Part shown: positions 1-4,658 of the stretch, in pieces
How positions within the stretch are numbered: the first letter of the stretch is position 1
Layout: each line of letters opens with the position of its first letter
Virus record (IMG/VR): IMGVR_UViG_3300045988_001250
Span: 1-5,548 of that record
DNA from: a virus
Length of the DNA: 5,548 bases
Reading direction: 5' to 3' (one strand)
Program-made: the position numbers and the translations under genes
The notes under the pieces: model-generated
What the model was told of the DNA's origin: nothing
Databases searched by the model: none
What the model saw: only the letters and a program-made list of their open reading frames with translations

Positions 1-55
1 CGCTGGCGGACTATCTGGGACTGCCTACCAAAGTTAAAGGCATCAGCGTAAGCGC
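1..55. repeat. Terminal redundancy (copy 1), identical to 5494..5548; signature of a circular contig rather than a biological repeat
   Basis: Read directly: cgctggcggactatctgggactgcctaccaaagttaaaggcatcagcgtaagcgc occurs at both window ends, 55/55 identical. Confidence 0.95.
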
Positions 56-1223
56 TCTGCCCGGTCGAGCATACGGCCTAATCTACAACGAGTGGTTTCG
101 AAACCAGAACGTCACGCAGCCGACGCTCGTAGAAGTGACGGATGCGACCACGACCGGCAAAAACGACGGCAGCACTACCAACGACAGCGCTATCACGTTG
201 GCAAAACCTCTCAAAGCAGCGAAAGTGTTTGACTACTACACCGGAGCTTTGCCGGAGCCTCAGAAAGGCGAGCCAATAACGATTCCGCTGGGAGACACCG
301 CAAAAGTCTACGCATATGAACAAAACGGAGCTAAGTTCGAAGGAAGTCAAGACCTAACAAACTTCCACATATACAACGAAGACAATAAAACAGAAGGACT
401 CACAGCGTACCCCGGAAATGTCGCCCTTGGAATGCTTACGTTAAAAACAGACCTCAGCAGCGTCACCTCAGCTACCATCAACCAGTTACGTCAGGCATTC
501 CAGATTCAGAAACTGCTCGAAAAAGATGCACGAGGCGGCACGAGATACCGCGAGGTACTGCGCGAACACTTCGGAGTTATCTCTCCTGACTCTCGTATGC
601 AGATTCCGGAATATCTGGGCGGCTACAGACTGCCTATCAACGTGTCTCAGGTTATCCAAACCTCTTCGACCGACAGCACGAGTCCGCTGGGCAACACAGC
701 GGCGCTAAGTGTTACCACGATGAACAAACCTATGTTTACCAAGTCCTTTACGGAACACGGATTTATCATGGGACTCGCAGTAGTACGAACCGACCAAACC
801 TATCAGCAGGGTATCGAGCGCATGTGGAGCCGCAAAGGCCGGTATGATTACTACTGGCCGGTACTGGCAAACATCGGCGAACAAGCCATTCTCAACAAAG
901 AAATCTATGCACAGGGCAACAAGGCAGATGAAGAAGCGTTCGGCTACCAAGAGGCATGGGCCGACTACAGGTACAAGCCCAGCAAAGTAACTGGGCTTTT
1001 CCGAAGCAACGCAGCACAGAGCCTCGATGCATGGCACTATGCACAAGATTACGACGCACTACCCACGCTGAGTACGGCATGGATGGAGCAGACCGACAGA
1101 GAAATGAAGAGAACACTGGCGGTGCAGAATCAGCCAGACTTCATCGCGGACTTCTACTTTATGAACAAAACAACCAGATGCATGCCGGTGTACAGCATTC
1201 CCGGCCTCATCGACCATCACTAA
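1..1223 (+). CDS. VP1: Major capsid protein VP1, C-terminal part (first complete codon at nt 3); joined product 5124..5493+1..1223 = 1593 nt, 530 aa
   Basis: The frame is open from the window edge (LADYLGLPTKVKGISVSALPGRAYGLIYNEWFRNQNV...) to TAA 1221-1223. It is in the same phase as 5124.. because 5493 is divisible by 3. The track's GTG-135 start is an artefact of the window cut. The size and the YNxIxNEWFRDQN-type block fit Microviridae F/VP1. Confidence 0.93.
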   Translation, partial: LADYLGLPTKVKGISVSALPGRAYGLIYNEWFRNQNVTQPTLVEVTDATTTGKNDGSTTNDSAITLAKPLKAAKVFDYYTGALPEPQKGEPITIPLGDTAKVYAYEQNGAKFEGSQDLTNFHIYNEDNKTEGLTAYPGNVALGMLTLKTDLSSVTSATINQLRQAFQIQKLLEKDARGGTRYREVLREHFGVISPDSRMQIPEYLGGYRLPINVSQVIQTSSTDSTSPLGNTAALSVTTMNKPMFTKSFTEHGFIMGLAVVRTDQTYQQGIERMWSRKGRYDYYWPVLANIGEQAILNKEIYAQGNKADEEAFGYQEAWADYRYKPSKVTGLFRSNAAQSLDAWHYAQDYDALPTLSTAWMEQTDREMKRTLAVQNQPDFIADFYFMNKTTRCMPVYSIPGLIDHH

Positions 1224-1234
1224 AGAAAGGAGAC

Positions 1235-1262
1235 AGCCGGGGACAAAACCCCGGCTATTTTT
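1235..1262 (+). terminator. Hairpin plus T-tract just after VP1 (intrinsic terminator/attenuator or mRNA-stabilising hairpin)
   Basis: AGCCGGGG (1235-1242) pairs with CCCCGGCT (1249-1256), giving a perfect 8-bp GC-rich stem. The loop is 6 nt (ACAAAA) and is followed by ATTTTT (1257-1262). Confidence 0.6.
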
Positions 1263-1266
1263 GAAA

Positions 1267-2121
1267 ATGGCAATACCAGCCTTTTTAGGAGCCTTATCAA
1301 CAGGCGCGAAAATACTGGGCGGAGTAAGCGGCCTCATAAACGCCGGAACAGGCATCTTCAACGCGCTCAAAGGCACATCAGGCAGCGGCAGCACCTCAGC
1401 TGACAGTTACAACCAAGCGCACGGCGAAGGCGGCTCTAGCATGACCAGCGAAAGCGGAGTAAACATGGACCAGACAAAAGAGCTAGCCAAATACTTTCTG
1501 GGGCAGAGCCAACAAGCGCAGGGCATGCAGAGCATGCAAAACAACAAGAACTCTCTCATGGCACTGGGATTAAACACTCTGGGAGCTATCCAGCAGGGCG
1601 TTTACAATCGTATCCAGCAAGACGCAGCAATGTCCTACAACTCCGCAGAGGCAGCAGCTAACAGAGCATGGCAGGAGCGTATGAGTAACACAAGCTATCA
1701 GAGGGCAATGGCCGACATGAAAAAAGCGGGGCTTAATCCTATACTGGCCTACGCACAAGGCGGCGCAAGCACTCCGACAGGCGCACACGGAACAATCGGG
1801 CAAAGCAGCATAAGCGCACCAAGCGTTGGAACGCAGGCAGCAAGTATGCCGACAATCTCCGGCACAACCGCAAACTACTCGAAAACCAAAGCGGAAAGTT
1901 GGAACTGGACAGACTCAAGCGGAGAAATGCACAGTAGCGGTTACAACAGCTATCAGACGGACTTTCCAGACCTAACCGGATGGCTCAACCAAAACAACAA
2001 CAGCGGCAAAAAAGCCGGAAGCAACACGGTGGACGCGCTAAGCGGAGCTGACCACAAAGCAAAAAGCGGCAAAGTGCCAAATCTTAATCCGATGAACAAA
2101 TATATTAACGGAGGTAAATAA
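1267..2121 (+). CDS. VP2: VP2 minor capsid / DNA pilot protein (phiX174 H analogue), 284 aa
   Basis: The ORF runs to TAA 2119-2121. It has a Gly/Ala-rich hydrophobic N-terminus and the conserved microvirus VP2 block AWQERMSNTSYQRAMADMKKAGLNPILAY. Its position directly after VP1 fits. ATG 1267 is preferred over the track's TTG 1261. Confidence 0.88.
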   Translation: MAIPAFLGALSTGAKILGGVSGLINAGTGIFNALKGTSGSGSTSADSYNQAHGEGGSSMTSESGVNMDQTKELAKYFLGQSQQAQGMQSMQNNKNSLMALGLNTLGAIQQGVYNRIQQDAAMSYNSAEAAANRAWQERMSNTSYQRAMADMKKAGLNPILAYAQGGASTPTGAHGTIGQSSISAPSVGTQAASMPTISGTTANYSKTKAESWNWTDSSGEMHSSGYNSYQTDFPDLTGWLNQNNNSGKKAGSNTVDALSGADHKAKSGKVPNLNPMNKYINGGK

Positions 2122-3144
2122 ATGAGCTGCGCAAGACCACTCATCAGAATATACAATCCAAATGACCACAACATAACAGGGTCAATCATGACTCTGGAAA
2201 CATACCGCGAAAGAGCACACAATCCAACAGCAACGTATGAGAGCCTCGCATACCGCACAGACGTGATGCTACTGCCATGTGGCAAATGTCTCGGGTGCAG
2301 ACTCAGACAGCGGCAAGACTGGGAGACAAGAATGTTGATGGAGTCAAAAACACTGACGCCAGTATGGTTTTTGACGCTAACATGGAATCAAGAGTATGTG
2401 CCAGGAATGGCAAGAGAAACAGGCGAAATCATAAGAGGTGCAGTGCATCAGTGGACGACCGGAGACGCACCGGAAGTGGTGCAAATTCTCCTACAAGAGG
2501 ACATGGTACGCTTTAACAAGAGGCTGAGGAAAAAACAAGAAACGTCCAATAAATGGGGCTTAGACCTGAGATATTTTTACTGTGGCGAATACGGCGAAAA
2601 CACAGGAAGACCGCATCATCACGGCATTTATTATGGTTTGGAGATACCAGACCTCAAGAAAAAAAGGGGTGATAATCCGTACTTCGAAAGCGAAGAGATA
2701 AACAAGATATGGGGCATGGGCAACGTCATCATCGCAGAAGCATCGCCGGAAACGATGGCTTATGTAGCAGGATATGTAACCAAAAAGACATACGGAAACG
2801 ACAGCAAAAGGTATAGGGAGTTAGGTTTAACACCGCCGTACTGTTGCATGTCAAGAAATCCGGGTCTAGGCTATGACTACTACACGAGCCATAAAGAGCA
2901 GATGTACGCAGATGATGGGCTATACTTTAACGGTAAAAAAAGGCCGATACCGAGGTACTTTGATAAAAAATACGAAGAAGAAAACCCGAAAAGCCTATGG
3001 AGCATAAAAGAAAAACGACATTCGAGCGCAATCAACGCCTTAAAACTCAAAATGGCCAATACAGGATTGACCATAGAGCAGGAAGCAAAAGTAGAGGAAG
3101 AGACAAAGAAACAGAGATTTAGAAAAGCCAGAGGGCTATTATAG
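2122..3144 (+). CDS. VP4: VP4 replication initiation protein (HUH rolling-circle endonuclease, phiX174 A analogue), 340 aa
   Basis: An SD GGAGGT lies at 2110-2115, and the ATG abuts the VP2 stop. A Cys cluster LPCGKCLGCRLRQRQDW is present. RCR motif 1 is FLTLTW. Motif 2 (HUH) is RPHHHGIYYG, with cat cat cac at 2614-2622. Motif 3 has two tyrosines, AYVAGYVTKK (tat at 2761 and 2773), the YxxxY arrangement of phiX174 gpA. Confidence 0.95.
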   Translation: MSCARPLIRIYNPNDHNITGSIMTLETYRERAHNPTATYESLAYRTDVMLLPCGKCLGCRLRQRQDWETRMLMESKTLTPVWFLTLTWNQEYVPGMARETGEIIRGAVHQWTTGDAPEVVQILLQEDMVRFNKRLRKKQETSNKWGLDLRYFYCGEYGENTGRPHHHGIYYGLEIPDLKKKRGDNPYFESEEINKIWGMGNVIIAEASPETMAYVAGYVTKKTYGNDSKRYRELGLTPPYCCMSRNPGLGYDYYTSHKEQMYADDGLYFNGKKRPIPRYFDKKYEEENPKSLWSIKEKRHSSAINALKLKMANTGLTIEQEAKVEEETKKQRFRKARGLL

Positions 3145-3148
3145 TGTC

Positions 3149-3197
3149 AGTGGGCCTAATCCTATCAAGAAGAGGATTAGGCCCACTATTTATTTTC
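3149..3197 (+). terminator. Strong rho-independent terminator after Rep (15-bp perfect stem, 9-nt loop, T-rich tail)
   Basis: AGTGGGCCTAATCCT (3149-3163) pairs with AGGATTAGGCCCACT (3173-3187) as exact reverse complements. The loop is ATCAAGAAG (3164-3172). The tail is ATTTATTTTC (3188-3197). The structure starts 5 nt after the Rep stop codon. Confidence 0.8.
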
Positions 3198-3202
3198 GCT
3201 TA

Positions 3203-3212
3203 TTATATATAA
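3203..3212. repeat. AT-only perfect palindrome TTATATATAA, followed by AACTTGTTG (3211-3219), a 9-mer that recurs at 3320-3328
   Basis: Read directly. The palindrome is self-complementary and the 9-mer AACTTGTTG occurs twice in the intergenic region. Confidence 0.5.
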
Positions 3213-3246
3213 CTTGTTGTAGCCGTAGTAGTAGGGGCTGTGGAAA

Positions 3247-3432
3247 AGTTGAAAACCATAAATTTGAAACATAACATCGTAAAAAATAAGCATATTTCAT
3301 TGTTGAAAGATTTGTTGAAAACTTGTTGAAATGTTGAAACACTTTACCAGACTAAAATCTATTGCGTATAATGATGTTGAAAAGTATGTTGAAAATGTTG
3401 AAAAGCATGAGTTTTCCACAAAGTGTTGAAAA
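3247..3432 (+). repeat. Iteron-like array: 8 perfect direct copies of TGTTGAAA plus 1 degenerate copy, all in the same orientation, in two clusters
   Basis: Perfect TGTTGAAA occurs at 3301-3308, 3313-3320, 3324-3331 and 3332-3339 (cluster 1), and at 3375-3382, 3387-3394, 3396-3403 and 3424-3431 (cluster 2). A degenerate copy aGTTGAAA lies at 3247-3254. Start-to-start spacings are 12, 11 and 8 nt, then 12, 9 and 28 nt. The array lies in non-coding DNA between the Rep terminator and the main promoter. Confidence 0.9.
3343..3372 (+). promoter_or_regulatory. Candidate secondary promoter embedded between the two repeat clusters
   Basis: The -35-like TTTACC at 3343-3348 matches TTGACA at 4/6. An 18-nt spacer precedes a perfect -10 TATAAT at 3367-3372. 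No SD-led ORF lies immediately downstream. Confidence 0.35.
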
Positions 3433-3443
3433 TTCGAATTAAA

Positions 3444-3514
3444 GGCAGTCCGACGAGCGAAACCGGAAAGCCACGTCATGCTCTTCACACGGCGCACCGC
3501 GCCTACCGCATGAC
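3444..3514 (+). other. GC-rich structured block (at least two hairpins) between the repeat array and the main promoter; candidate ssDNA/RNA structural element
   Basis: Hairpin 1 pairs GGC/GCC (3444-3446 with 3470-3472) and TCCG/CGGA (3449-3452 with 3464-3467). Hairpin 2 pairs GTCATGC (3475-3481) with GCATGAC (3508-3514). It encloses GGCGC-ACC-GCGCC (3491-3503). The block contrasts sharply in composition with the AT-rich 3188-3440. Confidence 0.4.
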
Positions 3515-3554
3515 ATTCAAGGCAAAATTCTTCTAACTTTTTTCAAAAAAACTC

Positions 3555-3583
3555 TTGACAAAATAGAAAAAGCATGGTATAAT
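3555..3583 (+). promoter_or_regulatory. Near-consensus sigma70/sigmaA promoter with extended -10 and an A/T-rich upstream tract
   Basis: TTGACA lies at 3555-3560, followed by a 17-nt spacer and TATAAT at 3578-3583. The -10 is preceded by TGg (3575-3577), an extended -10 TGn. T6/A7 tracts at 3538-3550 resemble an UP element. This is the only perfect -35/-10 pair I found, and it sits at the head of the gene array. Confidence 0.8.
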
Positions 3584-3608
3584 GCAAACAGAAAAAGAGG
3601 TAAGAACC

Positions 3609-3794
3609 ATGAAAGCAAAATCTTTAGAGCATCTGAACATGAAAGCAATCGGCGAGCTGTACGACAAAGGAATCTACGAAACCAAAAAATACAGATACAT
3701 AGTTGACCGGGGCGACGGCGAGATATACCGCATCGAAAAGGACCTCCTGGGAACAACGGAAGCACTCGACCCGGAAAACTGGATAAAGCAGTAA
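3609..3794 (+). CDS. Hypothetical small protein (61 aa), first gene after the promoter
   Basis: An SD AAGAGGT lies at 3595-3601, 8 nt before ATG 3609. The track's ATG 3582 lies inside the -10 box and so cannot be on the transcript. The protein is hydrophilic: MKAKSLEHLNMKAIGELYDKGIYETKKYRYIVDRGDGEIYRIEKDLLGTTEALDPENWIKQ. I recognise no family. Confidence 0.6.
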   Translation: MKAKSLEHLNMKAIGELYDKGIYETKKYRYIVDRGDGEIYRIEKDLLGTTEALDPENWIKQ

Positions 3795-3809
3795 AGAGAG
3801 GTGACAAAA

Positions 3810-4007
3810 ATGAAAAAACCTAGATTTACAAGAGAAGAGCTGAACTGTCTGGAGGCTGGACACGAAGTAGAAAAAGGAAAATATACCTACCGAATCCACG
3901 GAAAGTATGTCAACGACTCATGGCACTGGGTACTTCAGAGGGCCGAAGAAACTGATGAAGACTGGGAAGACTGCGAAGTAATAAAAGAGAACAAAAATGT
4001 ACGATAG
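3810..4007 (+). CDS. Hypothetical small protein (65 aa) with an acidic, Trp-containing C-terminal half
   Basis: An SD AGAGGTG lies at 3797-3803, 6-8 nt before ATG 3810 (the track used GTG 3801). The sequence is MKKPRFTREELNCLEAGHEVEKGKYTYRIHGKYVNDSWHWVLQRAEETDEDWEDCEVIKENKNVR. I recognise no family. Confidence 0.55.
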   Translation: MKKPRFTREELNCLEAGHEVEKGKYTYRIHGKYVNDSWHWVLQRAEETDEDWEDCEVIKENKNVR

Positions 4008-4203
4008 AGCATATTATGAACTGTATAAAGGATACAGAGGGCCGGAAACACCGAACGAATGTGAATATTTTATCCGAAAGCTTTACAGACAGCTCAAAAA
4101 AGCATATACTGTAGAGGAAGCGAAAGCCATCATAGAAGAAATATACAAATACAAAAACCAAAAGGCAAAAATGGAGGTGAAACAGTGGCAATCATCAGTG
4201 TGA
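3997..4203 (+). CDS. Hypothetical small protein (68 aa), Tyr/Lys/Glu-rich, probably helical
   Basis: ATG 3997 overlaps the previous ORF by 11 nt. The only SD candidate is weak (AAGAGA, 3984-3989). The sequence is MYDRAYYELYKGYRGPETPNECEYFIRKLYRQLKKAYTVEEAKAIIEEIYKYKNQKAKMEVKQWQSSV. I recognise no family. Confidence 0.5.
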   Translation: MYDRAYYELYKGYRGPETPNECEYFIRKLYRQLKKAYTVEEAKAIIEEIYKYKNQKAKMEVKQWQSSV

Positions 4204-4328
4204 AGAGTGTCGAGAAAGCCATCAAAATCATGATGGACATTCTCGAAAAGCTGGACGAAATTTATCACGCGCTGCACGACAAGGAGGATGACAGCAATGG
4301 CAAAACGCACGAAAATGACCAGCAGTAA
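4185..4328 (+). CDS. Possible very small ORF (47 aa from GTG 4185, or 32 aa from ATG 4230) bridging the ORFan cassette and the J-like gene
   Basis: It is not in the track because it is under 60 aa. GGAGGTG at 4173-4179 lies 5-7 nt before GTG 4185, and the frame is open to TAA 4326-4328. The peptide is ...KSVEKAIKIMMDILEKLDEIYHALHDKEDDSNGKTHENDQQ. It overlaps both neighbours and has no homology support. Confidence 0.25.
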   Translation: MAIISVKSVEKAIKIMMDILEKLDEIYHALHDKEDDSNGKTHENDQQ

Positions 4329-4416
4329 AGACAAAAAGGTCTTTACTCAGACGGCAAAAAAGACCAAGGCCGTCAACGTCAGCCCGAAGAACATGAGAGG
4401 AGGCACTAGACTCTAA
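4297..4416 (+). CDS. Small basic DNA-binding/packaging protein (gokushovirus ORF8-like, phiX174 J analogue), 39 aa
   Basis: It is not in the ORF track because it is under 60 aa. An SD AAGGAGG lies at 4281-4287, 9 nt before ATG 4297; the in-frame ATG 4288 abuts the SD. The sequence is MAKRTKMTSSKDKKVFTQTAKKTKAVNVSPKNMRGGTRL, which is Lys/Arg-rich. It ends in the MRGGxRL/F motif typical of Chlamydia-phage ORF8-type proteins. Its stop overlaps the next start (TAATG, 4414-4418). Confidence 0.7.
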   Translation: MAKRTKMTSSKDKKVFTQTAKKTKAVNVSPKNMRGGTRL

Positions 4417-4658
4417 TGTTTAAGAAATACTACGCAATCTATGACAAGGTCGCCAAGAACTACAGCGGCCTCATCGAATTTCAGAACGACGCCGTCGCAA
4501 GCCGGCTCTTCGAAAACCAGCAGAAGAACAAAGACAGCTTTATCAGCATCAAGCCGGAAGATTTTCAGCTACACTACATCTGCACCATGGAGGACGAGAC
4601 CGGCGAAATCGTCGATAACGTCAACACGTGCGTATGTGAGGGCAAACCCAATGAGTAA
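4416..4658 (+). CDS. VP5: VP5-like non-structural protein (gokushovirus ORF5 family, phiX174 C-like role proposed), 80 aa
   Basis: GGAGG lies at 4399-4403. MFKKYYAIYDKVAKNYSGLIEFQNDAVASRLFENQ...KPEDFQLHYICTMEDETGEI follows the ORF5-family pattern: hydrophobic-IYD-K...y..pf...n.a.A.R.F, then PED(Y/F).L..iG.fDe.tGei. Its position immediately upstream of VP3 is canonical. Confidence 0.75.
   Translation: MFKKYYAIYDKVAKNYSGLIEFQNDAVASRLFENQQKNKDSFISIKPEDFQLHYICTMEDETGEIVDNVNTCVCEGKPNE

Noticed and set aside
1-55. Terminal 55-nt direct repeat as a biological LTR, DTR or att duplication
   Set aside because: It lies in the middle of the capsid coding sequence and restores a continuous, in-phase VP1 when the ends are joined. 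This is the classic overlap artefact of assembling a circular genome.
526-2516. Plus-strand ORFs embedded out of frame in VP1 and Rep (526..708, 956..1264, 2277..2516), as possible phiX174-style overprinted genes (E/K/B-like)
   Set aside because: They have no SD. Their products are Arg/Cys/Thr-rich with no transmembrane or other recognisable feature. Their lengths are within chance expectation for alternative frames of this composition. They cannot be excluded without comparative (synonymous-constraint) analysis.
3225-3234. (GTA)x3 micro-repeat inside a weak AGCC/GGCT stem (3221-3239)
   Set aside because: It is too short and weak (a 4-bp stem) to interpret, and it adjoins the left DnaA-box-like 9-mer. 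It is noted only as context.
3361-3388. dif-like XerC/XerD site (as used by lysogenic enterobacterial gokushoviruses): ATTGCGTATAA-TGATGT-TGAAAAGTATG
   Set aside because: The left arm matches the E. coli dif XerC arm GGTGCGCATAA at 8/11. The right arm matches the conserved XerD arm TTATGTTAAAT at only 3/11. The match overlaps the TATAAT box and an AT-rich repeat, so it is probably chance. No other convincing dif-like site or integrase gene was seen, so there is no evidence for lysogeny.
3301-3432. Possibility that the repeats are a CRISPR array or a tandem satellite
   Set aside because: The repeat unit is only 8 nt with 0-35 nt gaps. This is far below CRISPR repeat and spacer sizes (about 24-48 nt each). 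The spacing is irregular, so it is not a tandem satellite either.
3371-3442. 23-codon mini-ORF MMLKSMLKMLKSMSFPQSVENSN generated by the second repeat cluster on the + strand
   Set aside because: There is no SD. Its ATG overlaps the candidate -10 hexamer, so it would not be on that transcript. The repetitive peptide is a by-product of the DNA repeats.
3297-3497. Minus-strand 66-aa ORF spanning the repeat array
   Set aside because: Its sequence is simply the repeats read backwards (FQQ/FST/FNI reiterations). It has no SD and is on the wrong strand. The region is better explained as non-coding repeats.
3582-3608. ATG 3582 as the start of the first ORFan (track's 70-aa version)
   Set aside because: The ATG lies inside the -10 hexamer (3578-3583), upstream of any transcript made from that promoter. 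ATG 3609 has a properly spaced SD.
4083-4334. Minus-strand 83-aa ORF with a strongly hydrophobic N-terminus (MSLLLVIFVRFAIAVILLVV...), superficially like a phiX174 E-type single-gene lysis protein
   Set aside because: It starts at TTG with no SD or promoter on that strand. It is antisense to Lys/Glu-rich coding sequence, which automatically yields Phe/Leu-rich hydrophobic translations. It would be worth revisiting only if antisense transcription were observed.
4441-4650. Upstream extension of the VP3 frame (the track's 228-aa ORF starting MTRSPRTTAASSNFRTT...) overlapping the whole VP5-like gene
   Set aside because: The extension is Arg/Ser/Thr-rich low-complexity sequence, typical of an off-frame read of a real gene. 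It has no SD. The conserved scaffold N-terminus MSKFRSAY begins at ATG 4651, which has an SD and a coupled overlap with the VP5 stop.
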